DNA of 64,000 nucleotides. Origin: Mobula birostris. Taxonomy: Eukaryota. Of the stretch, positions 48,201 through 61,950 are shown one piece after another. The stretch spans positions 106,939,835 to 107,003,834 of the forward strand of contig NC_092381.1 in the NCBI RefSeq assembly GCF_030028105.1. Reading direction: 5' to 3'. The notes under the pieces are model-generated. The model did not search any database. It was not told the origin of the DNA and saw nothing but the letters and a program-made list of their open reading frames with translations. Position 1 is the first letter of the stretch, and each line of letters starts with the position of its first letter. The position numbers and the translations under genes are program-made.

Positions 48201-49501
48201 ATCCGGGCGTCCATCAAGCTGGTAGTGGACAGATTCGTCTGGCATGGTTTGCACAAACAGGTCGGACACTGGGCCAGGACCTGCGTACACTGCCAGACCG
48301 CCAAAGTCCAGCGGCACGTGAAGGCTCCCCTCCAGCAGTTCCAGCCGACGCACAGGAGGTTCCAATACATCCACGTGGACATTGTCCGCCCCCTGCCAGT
48401 CCCCTGGGGCGCCAGGTATATCTTTACCATGGTAGACAGGTTCACCAGATGGCCAGAAGCCGTACCGCTCGCAGACACGTCCACTGAGTCCTGCGCCAGG
48501 ACGCTCATTGCAAACTGGATCGCCAGGTTCAGCCTCCCAACGGACATCACCTCCGACAGAGGGGCATAGTTCACGTCTGGTTTGTGGACAGCACTGGCGC
48601 AGCTCCTGGGCACCCAGCTGCATCACACCACAGCGTACCATCCCCAGTCCAACGGTTTGGTAGTGTGATGCCACCGGCATCTCAAGTCAGCCCTGATGGC
48701 GCGCCTCAGGGGCCCCAACTGGACAGATGAGCTTCCTTGGGTCCTACTGGGCATCCGCACAGCCCCCAAGGAGGACCTGGACACCTTGGCGGAATTGGTC
48801 TACGGCGCCCCCCCCCCCCCCCCCCCCCCCAGCGCATTCGTACCAGAGGCCCAAGGTTGTTCGGAAGAAACTCCAGCAGCGATGCTAACAAGGCTGTGGG
48901 ACAAGGTTGGGACCCTGGCACTGGTCCCAACCTCCAGGCATGGTCCCATGCCATCCTTCACTCCTAAAGACCTCTGAGACTGTGAGTATGTTTTTATTCA
49001 CAACGGCATGCACAGGTCACCCCCACAGTGGCCGTACGAGGGACCCTTCAAGGTGATCCGGCACAACGGAACCACGTGTAGCGTGGAGGTGGGTGGCCGG
49101 GAAGAGACTTTTACAGTGGACCGCCTCAAACCGGCGCACTTGGACATTGAGCAACCAGTGAGGGTACCGGCACCGCACTGTGAGGCCGGCCACCCAGACG
49201 GGGGGGGCTCCTCTCTCCCGATGGACGTTTCTGGGGGGGAGGGGGGGTGGTGTGGCGGCCCGCACACGCGGGACTCGAATCGCCATTGGGAGCTGCGGGC
49301 AGACACACGGTAGCGCGTTTGGAACTACCCGCTCGGGGCGGACCTTCCAGGGACAGTCTGATGTCACGTCCGCCCTGCGGGTCGCAGGGGCCCATGGGAG
49401 GGGAGATTTAAACGCACGATTTTGAATCAGTAAAGGCATTCTGAGTTCAGCTCTCTCTGCCTCTGTGTGTTTCTTTAGTAGCGTGTTTGCGCGCGACTAC
49501 A
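45241..49501 (+). mobile_element. Decayed full-length Ty3/gypsy LTR retrotransposon
   Basis: LTRs 45241-45492 and 49251-49501 (TG...CA); PBS TGGTGACCCCGACGT at 45494-45508, complementary to the tRNA-Trp 3' end; gag, protease (LVDTRA), RT (YLDD), RNase H (DASD, YTDHKPL), integrase (HHCC, DIV, SDRG, GPF); PPT before the 3' LTR; multiple stops and frameshifts. Confidence 0.95.
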
Positions 49502-51134
49502 ACATATTATTTTCATGGCTATCTGGAGAAGACAAATTTCAAGTTGTATTTGGATACATGCTTTGATAATAAATGAATCTTAGAACTTTTGCCAGTGTTA
49601 CCTACATCCCACAATCAAACAACAGGTTTCAAGATTCAAGGTACATTTACAAGGTACAAGTATGTATGCAGTATACAACCCTCCGATTCATCTTCCCCAC
49701 AGTCACGAAACAAAGAGGAACCATGGAACCAACCTGTTCAAAGAAAAACATCAAACCCACCCTCTCCACCATATGCAAAAAAAATTGCACAGACGGCAAA
49801 AAACAAAAGATCAAAAACACAGAATATAAAAACACAAGATCAAAAGGCATATTTCAGTACAGTTCAGCTCACTGTTCATTATCTACGGGGCACCTGGTTC
49901 AAAAATCATCTAAGGGTAGGGACAAAAAAGGTGACCAGAACTAGAACACATCATAAACCTGAATTATAGTCCATAACTACAATCCACATGGACTAAACCT
50001 TGTTCCGGCATCATCTGCCGAGTTATAAACACAACTCGAAAGCAGGGAACTTTCCTTGGGATGTTCAAGCAAAAAACCGCCTCACGCAGACACCTTCTCC
50101 GGCAGCAGCAAGCAAGAAGCTGGTGGACAACGCTGAACACTCACTTGCCCAAACTCACCCCTCCCATTCCCACGACCACATCCCTCCTTGACATGAATAT
50201 ACATTGACTGTCCTTCACTGGCAATCCTGGACCTCACTACACTAGCTTTGGCAACATCTTCAGCAGAATGGTACTGGTTCAAGGTCGCTCACCGAAACCT
50301 TCTCCAGGGGCAACCTGTGTTTTTGATCTTTTGTTAGTGCAATCTGCGTCCAAAGGAAGATTGTAAAGGACCAGACAGTGGAGGAAAGCATTTCACTCTT
50401 GTAATAATGTAAAGTCCTAATTAGCCAGTTTTCAGGTCAGGAAACAACTGTTGATTGTTGTACTGAATTCACGTCAGGAAGGAGATACGGGCTTAGAAAT
50501 TCTGTGTGACAGCCACAGTGCTTTTACATGGGGTTGTGTAGTTGGGGACGGGTATAGAGGGGGCTGAGTTTTTCACCTGCATTCCCACTGGAGTACAGAC
50601 TGCAATGAAGCTTGTGTGAAGACTGATTACACAGTGCTAGCCCAAACTTTCTAAATGCCAAATGATAATGACAACACTCAGAATAGAGGGTGTCCATTTA
50701 GAATGGAGATGAGGAAGAATTTAGCCAGACAGTGGTGAATTTGTGGAATTCTTTGCCACAGGCAGCTGTGGTAGCTGTCTTTATGTATATTTAAGGCAGA
50801 GTTTGATAAGATTCTTGAGTGGTCAGTGTATTGAGGGATATGGGGAGAGGCGGGAGATTAGGGCTGAAAGGGAAGCTGGATCAGCTGTGGTGAAATGATG
50901 GAGCAGACTCGATGGGTCAGATAGCCGAATTCTGCTCCTATATCTTATGGTCTCATGGACTAATGTTAGATTCCCTTACCCTGGGGAAGAGACACCATTG
51001 ACCCTTTCATAGTTTTATAATTTTCACCTCTCAGCCTCCTTCACTCCAGAGAAAGCAGACACAGTGTATCCTGTCCCTCCTGATAACTAAGACCTCCAAT
51101 CTAGACAATATCTTTGGACCATAAGAGATTCTTT

Positions 51135-51645
51135 CAGATGCTGGAAATCCAGAACAACACAAAATGCTTAAGGAACTCAGCAAGCTCCCCCCTCCCCTGT
51201 TGCTTTGAGCGGAGACCTTTTGTCAGGACTGGAAAGGAAAGGGAGAAGACATCAGAATAAAAAAGGTGAGGGGGAGGGCAAGGAGTACAAACTGGCAGGT
51301 GATCGGTAAAGCCAGGTGAGGGGGAAGGTGGGTGGATGGAAGTGGGGGGATGAAGTAAGAAGTTGGATAGTAAAGGGCTGAAGAAGAAAGAATCTGATGG
51401 GAAATGAGAGTGGACCATGGGAGAACGGGAAGGAAGAGGGAATCAGAAAGAGATGATGGGAGGTGAGAAGAGAAGGCATGCGAGGAGAGCCAGAATGAGG
51501 AATGGAAAAAGAGCAAATGGGGTCAGGAGAGAGGGGATAAATTAGCAGAAATTGGAGAAATCAATGTTCATGCCATCAGGTTGGAGGCTACCCAGACAGA
51601 AATATGAAGTGTTGCTCTTCCAGTCTGAGAGTTGCCTCATCTAGG
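51135..51645 (-). mobile_element. PLE pLTR / 3' end
   Basis: Same family as the other PLE ends in the window. Confidence 0.65.
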
Positions 51646-53235
51646 CTTATGTACAACTGTAATGTGCTGTCCCACTCATCTCTCCTCAACCTTTGCAATA
51701 GAAGTGAGAACAGTGGACCACAGTTCCCCAACCTGAAACCTCTAAGGCCTCACCAATTTGCTGCAGAAGGGCCAAGTTCAGGGATACGGAACCAGATTTA
51801 TTCTTTGCAACACACACAGATACAAAGTGCTGGAGAAACTCAGCAGGTCAGGTAGCATCTATGGAGGGGAATAAACAGTCAATGTTTTGGGCCGAGCCCA
51901 GTCCGATCATTCGGTCCCTGGGTTAGGTTAATGCCTTCAGTATTTCCCAGAAAATGTACTGGTGGGAGGAGAGGAAATTGCACAAGTCTCTAAGAGGTTG
52001 ATGACATGTTCCTATAGCCAACTTGGGAAGTTCAAATCTGAGCCTAGTTTCTTGCAGGTTCTCTGGGGTGTGCTCAATGGGACACCTGTTATTTCCCTCC
52101 CGGTCTATGTTTACTCGCAGCTTCCAGCAAGTGGGCGATGTGAGAGGTGGCAACAGATGGGAACAAAAGTGGAGAAGTGGGTGAACATATACTAGCATTT
52201 TGGAGCACAGATTAAACAGAATGTTGCCCATATCTTGAAGTGGGGCCCAAACTGAGGGGGTTATTTTATATAACTACAGCATGAAGATGGCACCAGTGAA
52301 TAATGTGGCCAAGGACGATGTATTTCAAATGGTCCATGAAACTACTTTTGTCACTTCTTTTTCTTTCAAATGTGTTTCCGTTACTGTTGGAGCCTGAGAT
52401 TGACATTTTGGCTGTGTGTTTGATTGAATGGTCATCAGTGAGGTTTCGAGCGGACTGTGTGGCCTTCGAGGCCAAGAAGCCTGGAGGCGGGGCGTGAGCT
52501 TGTGACTGACTCCATTTGCAGCCAATCAAAGCATCGAGGAAGACTGAAATCACTGAGGTGAGAGTGGAATGCGAGCGGGTGTTCAGCACCGTCTACCAGC
52601 CTCTCACTTGCCGCTCAGAGAGGAAGCTCCCTGCATTTGAATGATCTCTCTCTCTCTCTCTCTCACGATGCTGTTGGAGGATGGTGCCAGAGTCCTGAGT
52701 ATTGGGCAATATTTGTTTTTGTTTTGCGCGGTGGAGGGTTGGTTTGATGTTTTTCTTTGAACGGGTTCCATGGTTTTATTTCATGGCTGTCTGTGGGGAA
52801 GATGAATCTCAGGGTTGTATACTGCATACATACTTTGAATCTTTCTAAGAGGCCCAATTACACCCATATGACCAATTAACCTACTGACCTGTACGTATTG
52901 GAATGTGGGTGGAAACCAGAGCACCTGGAGGAAACTCACAGAGAGAATGTACAAATTCCTTACAGACAGCGGTGGGAATGGAACCCAGGTCAGTTGTGCT
53001 GTTTTCGTCTGAAGAGAAGGATATACGCAAAATGTTGCTGTACACAAACTGGCTGTTCTAATAGTGAGCACATTTCAGAATCACTTCAATGACTGTAAAA
53101 TATTTTAGGGCGTTCCTGAGATCATGAAAGCTTGTTTGTAATGAAATTATTTATCCGACAATTAGTCATAAAATTAGATCTGTTGTATGGATTAAAGCCA
53201 TGCACTGTCCATCCATCACTCACACTTCAACCTAC

Positions 53236-53402
53236 TTGGTGCATTCTTTACACGGGTAATAGCACATATTGAGATTGTTTTCACTCCTGTGCAGGACTCC
53301 TGTCTGACAGTGAATGGAGGGCGAGGAGCTGGACTTGGTTCGGATCACCTTCTTCTTAAGGTCTTCCCGGTTCGCAGTGCTCTGGGAGGAAACACTCACG
53401 TT
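53236..53402 (-). CDS. ZNF541/TRERF1-like gene, penultimate coding exon
   Basis: cttcacag|NVSVSSQ...MCYYPCKECT-AA|gtagg; 167 nt, and phase 2 matches the 39397 acceptor. Confidence 0.75.
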
Positions 53403-54531
53403 CTGTGAAGCAAAGAATGACAGAGGATGGGAAAAACAGGTGAAAGAATCCATCTATGCTTTTCAGATAACAACATTACCACTAATTATCAACACCACTA
53501 CAGCTACTTTCACGTGTGGGAATTGGAAAAGTACAGGGTCTATCCCGACAGTCCCACACACACACCATCCTTCAAGTTACTTGTTTAAATCAGATTACTT
53601 TAAAGATACTTTATAATCTTATGAGAGGCATAGATGAAGTAGAGACTCTAGGGTTTGAAATGTCTAATACCAGTTGAGGTGAGAAGGGATAATTTCACAG
53701 GAGATTGAGGGATAAGTTGTTTACACAGAGAGTGCTACTGTGACAAAAAGAACCATTTTGGAAATTATAATTAAAGATGCTTTTAAACACAGAAAATGCA
53801 TCCATTTTGTTTTTTAGCTGAGGACTAGTAATCTGAGTCTACACAGGACTGCTAACCTGTTTCCAAGAGCTGACTGACCTTCGGTATAATTAGACCATAA
53901 GACATGGGAGTAAAATTAGGTTGCTTGGCCCATCGAGCCATCATGGCTGATTTATTATCCCTTTCAACTCCATTCCCTTGCTTCCTCCCTGTAAATTTTA
54001 ATGCCCTGACTAACCAAGAATCTTGGGTATAGTTTGGGTAAATGCAAGCAGGCAGTTTAAATGGTTTGGCACGAGCTGGATGGCCGAAGGGCCTGTCTCT
54101 GTGCTGTACTTTTGAATGAATCTATCAACCTCTGCTTTAAATATACTCATGACTTGTCCTCTACAGCTGCCCGTGGCAATAAATTCCACAGATTCACCAC
54201 TCTCTGGCGAAAGGAGTTTCTCCTCTCCTCTATTCTGAAGCTGTGTCCTCTGGTCCTAGACTCTATCACTGTAGGAAGCATCCTCAAATAGCAGAGATGT
54301 ATTGTATATGTATACTCTTGACAGTAATCTTTGAACCCTCTATATATCCACTCTGCCTAGGCTTTTCAACATTCAGTAGGTTTGAATGAGATCCCACCTC
54401 ATTCTTCTAAACTCTAGGAATTCAAGCCCAGAGACATCAAACACTCCTCCTATGTTAATTCCAGCAGCTTGTTTGGAAGGTTGATCTAGCTCTCCCACCA
54501 GCATTTCTAGGTAAGTAACTGTATTTCTAAC

Positions 54532-54690
54532 CAGATTTTTTAATTCTTTTCCATCTCCGGCACCGTCCGCTTCACGCATTATCTCCTCCTCCCCTTCCTC
54601 AAGCAGCTGTGTCCTTTTCCATTCAAACTTCAGTTGTTTCTTCCAGGTGTAGTAATATTCTACACACTGAGCCACAGTCTTGTGCTTTAT
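54532..54690 (-). CDS. ZNF541/TRERF1-like gene, SANT-domain C-terminal exon
   Basis: ttttacag|IKHKTVAQCVEYYYTWKKQLKFEW...KNL|gttaga; KTVAQCVEYYY.WKK is the family's SANT signature. Donor position is less certain. Confidence 0.8.
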
Positions 54691-55614
54691 CTGTAAAACA
54701 GCAATTTCCATGAATGTAAAAACCTTTGATTGTTGGCAGGGCTGATTTTCTGATGAACCATCTGGGGATGAAGATAAGAGAGTAATGGCCATATTTCCAA
54801 TTCAGACACTGCGTTTCCTGATTTATGCAATAGATGATCCCTAATGATGGTGGTGATGAAGAAAATTGCCCCTAAAATCACCTATCAGCATTTAATATTA
54901 CTTTGAAAATAAAAAGTGTTAGTTCTTCAGATCAAGGCTTGATGTAACGGTTATTTATTTAATTATCTGTTTCTCTGTTTATTTATTTAGATACAGCACA
55001 GAACCGGTCCACTCAGAAATCTCCCAATTTAATCCCAGCCTAATCACAGGACAATTTACCTGCTTGTCTTTGGACTGTGGGAGGAATTCGAAGCAACTGG
55101 AGGAAACCCATGGGGAGAACATACAAACTCCTTACAGTCAGCAGTGGGAATTGAACCTGGATTGCCTTTACTGTAAAGCATTGTGCTAACCACTACGCTA
55201 CCGTGTCACCCTAGTTTGTAATTAGTCTTAGAGAGACCCGGCATGGAGGCAGACCCTTCAGTCCACAGTGAACTACCCATTTTCATTAACCCCACAATAA
55301 TCTCCTTCAATCACTTTCCTGTCGACCCCTCCCCGATTCTGCCCCACCTTCACATTAGGGGCAGCCCACACATCTTTTAGATGTGGGAGGAAACCAGAGC
55401 TCCTGGGGGAAACCCCTGCAGTCACAGGAACTTGCAAACTCCACCCAGACGTTGGGTCAGACAGGGTCTTTAATAAGCGTGCTACTGCACCGCCCGTCGA
55501 CAACACTCATCAGCCAGTCCGCACAGAGCATCAGTGACCACACTCTCTGCTTGATCTGAACACCATTAGGGACTTCTTGACTGCCTCTTTCAAAATTGTT
55601 AGATGCAGAATTAA

Positions 55615-56320
55615 AACAGCACAGACAGGTCAGGCAGCATCAATGGAAAGAAATAAACAGTTGATGACTCAGGCTGAGACTTTTCCTCAGGACCAAGAAG
55701 GAAGGGGGAAGATGCCTGAATAAAGATGGAGGGGAGTGAAGCTAGCCAGAATGTGATAGGTGAAGCCAGATGGGTGGGAAAGATCAAGGGCTGGAAAGGA
55801 AGGAATCTGATAGGAGAGGAGAATGGACCATAGGAGAAAGGGAAGGAGGAAGGGCACAGGGGGAAGTGATTTGTATGTGAGAAAAGGTAAAAGTCCAGAG
55901 TGGGGAATAGAGAGGAGTGAGGGAGGAGAAATTTAGGTAGCAGAAGGAAAAAAATCAATATTCATGCCATCAGGTTGAAAGCTACTCAGACAAAATATAT
56001 GATGTTGCTCCTCGTCCTGAGGGAGGCCTTGTCTTGGCACAAGAGGCCATGGACTGACATGTCAGAACGGGAATGGGAATCAGAATTAAAATGTTTGGCC
56101 ACTGGGAAGTTCCACTTATGACGGAAGAAGTGGAGGTGCACGATGAAGCAGTCTCCAATTTATGATGGGCCTCTGCAATGTAGAGGAGGCCGCACTGGGA
56201 GCACCGGACACAACAGACGGCCCCAGCAGATTCACAGGTGAAGTGTTGCCTCACCCGGAAGGGCCTGAATGGAGATGAATGAGCAGGTGTAGCACTTTGG
56301 CCGTGGCCACTTGCAGGGAG
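55615..56320 (-). mobile_element. PLE GIY-YIG endonuclease remnant plus pLTR
   Basis: RQHFTCESAGAVCCVRCSQCGLLYIAE is a decayed Penelope GIY-YIG domain. Confidence 0.8.
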
Positions 56321-56519
56321 GGAGGTTCTGTATTTCAGAATCAGAATGATATTATTATTTGTTGTTGTTTTGTATTAGCAGTACAGTGCAATACATAAAA
56401 GTTTACTGAAGGTTACAGTCAGAAATATAAATAAAAAGGAGAGGAAAATAGTGGGGCAGTGTTCGTGGATCATTTAGAAATCTGCTGACAGAAAGGAAGA
56501 CACTGTTCCCAAAACATTC

Positions 56520-57055
56520 ATTAACATAGAACATAGTACAGTACAGCATATGAACAATGTTGTGCCGAACCAGCTAAAAAACAAATCAAAAACACCCAAA
56601 CACTAATCCCTCCATCTTCCTTACATCCAAATCTCTTGTAAAAGCCTCTACCACCATACCAGGCAGCACAATGCAGCATCCACCACTCTGAGTAAAAACA
56701 CTTACCCCTCACATCCCCCTTGAACCTACCCCCCTCCCCACCTTCAATGCATGCCTTCTGGTAACAGACATTTCAACCCTGGGAAACAGATACTCCCTGT
56801 CCACTCTATCTATGCCTCTCATAATCCTATAAACCTCTAACCTCTATCAGATCTCCCTCAGCTTCTAGCACTCCAGAGAAAAAAACAGAGCCTCTTGTGA
56901 TAGCACATGCCCTCTAAACCAGGCAGTATCCTGGTAAACCTCTTCTGCACCATCTCCAAAGTCTCAGTATCCTTCCTATAGTGGGGCAGCCAGAACTATA
57001 CACAATACTGCAGATGCAGCCTAACCAGAGTTTAAGAAGTTGCAACATCACCTCT
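56520..57055 (-). mobile_element. CR1 3' fragment (a second copy of the same subfamily at 57775-58225)
   Basis: Shared aacatagaac..tacagcac tail and CR1 C-terminal coding remnant. Confidence 0.7.
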
Positions 57056-57482
57056 TGACTTTTGTGTGTGTTGCTCTGGATTTCCAGCATCTACAGAATC
57101 TCTTCTGCTTGTTCAGTTCCGTAGATGCTGCCTGACCTGCTGAGTTCCTCCAGCATTTTGTGTGTCACACACCAGAGATAAAGGCGCTTCAGCCCTTCTG
57201 CTCCATGCTGACCCAAGCCTGTCGTATTTGCCAATGTTTGACCTGTATCGCTCCAAGCCTTTCCTATCCCTGTGTATGTTGAAATCTCTTTTAAATGTTG
57301 CTAATATACCCCCCTCAGCCTCTCTCAACTCCCTCAACCTCAGTTCCATCTGTGGGTACACTCCAGATGAAAACATTCCTCAACCTCCCACCCCACCTTA
57401 AAGTTTTGCCCTCCAGTCTTTGACTTGCAGCCTGGGGAAAAGGACAGTGTTCTTTCACCCCTCGTGATTTTACATAAGTCTG

Positions 57483-57737
57483 TACACTCTGTGGCCACTT
57501 TATGAGATGCCCATTCACACAAATATCTAATCAGCCAATCACATGGCAGCAACTCAATGCATAAAAGCATGCAGACATTGTCAAGAGTTTCAGTGGATTT
57601 TCAGACCAAACATCAGAACGGGGAAGAAATGTGATCTGTGACTTTGACCATGGAATGATTGTTTGGGCCAGGCTGAGTGGTTTCAGTATCTCAGAAACTG
57701 CTGATCTATGGGGGTTTTCACGCACAACAGTCTCTAC
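57483..57737 (+). mobile_element. Tc1-like DNA transposon 5' fragment
   Basis: TA-cactc.gtggccacttt TIR-like start; transposase N-terminus GKKCDLCDFDHGMIVWARLSGFSISETADLWG. Confidence 0.8.
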
Positions 57738-58499
57738 GTAATGAAAAAAGAACAAAAATAGTGTTCATGAACCAGAACATAGAACAGTACAGCACAGGAA
57801 CAGCTATTCAGCCAACAATGTTGTGCCAAACCAACTAAAAAAACACAAATCAAAACACCCAAAGACTATTCTCTCCTACCTACACAATGTCCATATCCCT
57901 CCATCTTCCTTACATCAAAGTGCCTATCAAATCTCTGTATTTGCCTCTACCATCATACCAGGCAGCACATTCCAGGCATCCACCACTCTCTGAGTAAAAA
58001 AACTTGCCCCTCACATTCTCTTTGAACCTACCCATCTACTGTCAATGCATGTCCTCTAGTATTAGACATTTTTACTTTGCGAAACAGATACCCCCTGTCT
58101 GCTCTATCTATGCCTCTCACAATCTTGTAAATCTCTATCAGATCTCCCTTCAGCCTCTGGTGCTCCAGTGAAAACAACTAAGTTTTATCTTGCCTCTCAT
58201 GATATCACATGCCCTCTAAATCAGTGCATCGTCATGCTCCCATACATCCTCCCTGATGGCAGTAAGAGCAGAGGTCAAAGGTCATTACTGATGGATGCCA
58301 CCCTGAGGCACCTCCTCTTGAAGATGTCCTTGATGGCGGGGAGGGAAGGCTAGCGCCTCTGATGGCTGAGTCTATAACCCTCCGGAGCTTTTATCCATCC
58401 TGTACATTGCATTCCCCATACTGAGTGGTGATGCAACCAGTCAGAATGCTCTCTGCCCTGCATCTGTACCTCTTGGCACACTGTGGACTCCCTATTCAC

Positions 58500-61260
58500 A
58501 GAAACTGGGGCAGTTACACTTATTGACTCCATCCTGACATGGCACTCCAGCCCAAGTGCTTCACCATCCAGCACATGGACCAGACTACAGAGTTGGGCAA
58601 ACACAGATGCGCTTGCATTTGTTTCATGATGAACTCATTGTGGTACACAGTCCTGCTCCCCCGACCTCAAACATCTGGCAGTCAAGAGTTGTCTATTCTA
58701 TTCAGCCATCATCCTGGTCAATGTCAGGCTGGCGCTGGAGGAGCTCAGCTCTGTGATTAGCAGTCGTGTGTCAGTGCACTCTGATGCTTTCCCTATCATT
58801 GCGGGGAATTTCAACCAGGTCAGCTTGAGGAAGTCTCCAACCAACCACCACCAACATATCACTTGTGGAACCAGGGGAGCCAACACACTTGACCACTGTT
58901 ATTCCACCATCAAGAATGCGTGACATGCCATCCTTTGGCACTTTGGCAAATCTAATCACCTCAATGTTCCATTTCATTTCAGAAAATGTATACAGTATAC
59001 AACCTGTAATTCTTGTTCTTTACAGACATCCATGAAACAGAAGAAACAACCCCCAAGGAATGAATGACAAGAAAATGTTAGAACCCCAAATACTCCCTCC
59101 CAGGCACAAGCAGCAGCAAAACATCAGCCCCTCCACCACCACCTGGCAAGCAAGCAACAGCAAAGCCCTCAAAGAGACCATGATCTAGCACTATCAAATA
59201 CCACTGTTCACCCAACAGTTCGGCATGCCAAAGGCTCTCTCTCACACTAACCAGGGAGAGGGAGAGAGATCGCCCTGAAGCGCCCATTTTCCAGGAGATC
59301 CCATATCTCCTGGAGATATCAGCGAGCTCCGAGAGCGGGAACCCAGTGAAGAAACGCAACTTGAGTGCAGCTGCAGATCACTGACTCATAGACACTCACA
59401 ACACGCGGGAGGAACTCAGCAGGTCGGGCAGCATCCGTGGAAATGATCAGTCACCTCCCTGCTTCCCCTCCCCCACCCCTTTATCTTTCCCCTTACTGGT
59501 TTTTCACCTGGAACCTACCAGCTTTCTCCTTCCCACCCTCCTCCCACCTTCTTTATAGGGCCTCTGCCCCTTCCCTCTTCAGTCCTGACAAAGGGTTCCA
59601 GCCCGAAATGTTGACTGATCGTTTCCACGGATGCTGCCTGACCTGCTGAGTTCCTCCAGCGTGTTGTGAGTGTTGCTTTGACCCCAGCATCTGCAGAGTA
59701 TTTTGTGGTTACGGACTCATAGACCCCCTTGAACTTCTACTCCTGACAGAGAGGTCGAGATTAAGGACTGTGGCGAGCAACTGCGAATGTATAGTCAAGA
59801 GAGGTGAAGGGATGCTTACAGGACTGCTTTGAATCGGTGGAGTGGACCATATTTTAGGATTCATCTTTAGATTGGAATGTATATGCTGCAGTTGTCACTG
59901 AATTTCTCAAGACCTGTGTGGATAAGTGTGCACTTTGGAGAACATACTGGACAAACCCAAATCAGAAGCTGTGGATAAACAGTATGCTGAGGGTGAGGCC
60001 TGTGGGTTCAAGATGGTGATCCAGAACCAGAACAAGGCTGCATACGACCTATGAAAGGCTAAGGTAAGAGCGAAAAGACAATTCCATGTGAAGTTAAAGA
60101 TACAATGGATGTACAATGGCTGCGGCAGGGTTTGTTTGTCATTATTTCCTATAAGGTAAGACCTAACAACATAAATGATTGTGATACTTCAGTCTCTGAT
60201 GAGCTCTACACCTTTTATGCACACTCTGAAAGGAAGAATAACACAATTCTCTCTGTGGGAATCCTCAGTGTCTGGTGACTGTGATCTCTGTCAGGACCCT
60301 GTTACAATTACAGCATGTACTTTGACTGGCACTCCACTTGGCTCTGAGCCACCGATACCAATTACAGCTCAGTGTTCAACACCATCATCCTCTCAATAAT
60401 AATCGATAAGCTTCAAAACCTGGGCCTCTGTACCTCCGTCTACAACTGGATACTTGACTTCAACATCGGGATCCCACTGTCAGTAAGTACATATGGTGAT
60501 AACATCTCCTCGCTGACAATCAATACAAGTGCACCTCAAGGACATGTTCTTAGTCCACTGCTCCACTCTCTACGCTCATGACTATGTGGCTAGACAGCTC
60601 AAAGACGCATCAATAAATTCACCAGTTGTTGGCAAAATCTCAGATGGTGATGAAGATGCTTTCAGGACTGAGACAGACCATCTGGTTGAGTGGTGTCACA
60701 ACAATAACCTTACACTCAATGTTAGCAACACCAAGGAACTGACTCTGGACTTCAGGAAGGGGAGGTCAGGGTGCGCAGCTTTAAGTTCCTGGGCATCAAC
60801 ATCTCAGAGGATCTATCCTGGGCCCAACACATTGAAGCAATCATGAAAAAGGCCACAACGGTACTTGATTAGGAGCTTGAGGAGATTTGGTACGTTATCA
60901 AAGACTCTAACAAATTTCTATGGATGTATGGTAGACAGCATTCTGACTGGTTATATTAAACCTGGTACTGAGGCTCCAAAGCAAGGCATTGGAAAAGCTG
61001 CAGAAGGTTGTAGACTCAGCTATCTCCATCACAGCACTACCCTTCCCACCAATATGGATGCTTCAAGAAGGCAACATCCTTCATAGACGACCTTCACCAT
61101 CCAGGGAACGCTCTCTTCTTATTACTACCATCAGGGAAGAGATACAGGAGCCTGAAGACACACACTCAATGTTTTAGGATCATTATCTTCCCCTCTGCCA
61201 TCAGATTTCTGAACGGTCCATGAATCCATGAACACTACCTTGCAATTCCTCTTTTGCAGT
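58500..61260 (+). mobile_element. Long decayed Rex1-like LINE hosting nested insertions
   Basis: AGNFNQ and TRGANTLDHCY (endonuclease), WILDF, VVGKISDGDE, TNFYGCMVDSILTG; interrupted at ~58965-59735. Confidence 0.65.
59394..59713 (+). mobile_element. Short complete PLE insertion with 5' inverted segment and 11-bp TSD
   Basis: TSD GACTCATAGAC at 59383-59393 and 59714-59724; ~59395-59453 is the reverse complement of ~59612-59671; hammerhead-like core at 59580-59617. Confidence 0.85.
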
Positions 61261-61950
61261 ATTAAGCCTCTTAAAGTCCAACCTGACACCACTCAATGTC
61301 ATGAAAGATGGAAACGGGCAAGGGTGGCCACCAGGGCTCTGGTGAAGCCGTACAGGCTAATCTCCTGTACAGTGGATACAATAGATGGCAGAAGTTTGAT
61401 GAAGAATTCTAACCATACCATCGACCTGAGCATGATGGAGACGGGAGAGGTCATTGATGGCCTGGGCTCCTCGGGGAGATAAGGGCCCGAGTAAGTAAAG
61501 TACTATTTACTTATTTATTTTTGTGACTTTTTAATGTCTTGTACTGCTGCACAAAACAACACAACATATATTACTGATAGTAAACCCGATTCTGATTCAT
61601 TCAGGAACTTCCAGTTATTGGAAAGAGGTCAGGAAATAAAGTTTATTTAAGAACCCGCTACCCCTTGGAATGAGAAAGCTGGCATATTGGAAGAATACAG
61701 CAATCCAAATGACATCTGAATCTGTTTTGTGTGCAGACTATCAATACTTCCAAGCCCAACATTTCACAGATGTAGTCACTCTGTAAGTTCCTGATACTCC
61801 CATCACTTCAAAAAATGCTGTGTGTTACTCTGGATTTCCAGCATCTGCAGAATCTCTTGTGTTCCCATCACTTCAGTGCTGCTCCCTTTGGGCACTAGGT
61901 GGTAGTAGTAAATCACATCTTAACATGAAGGCAATTCTCAGTAAACTGAG

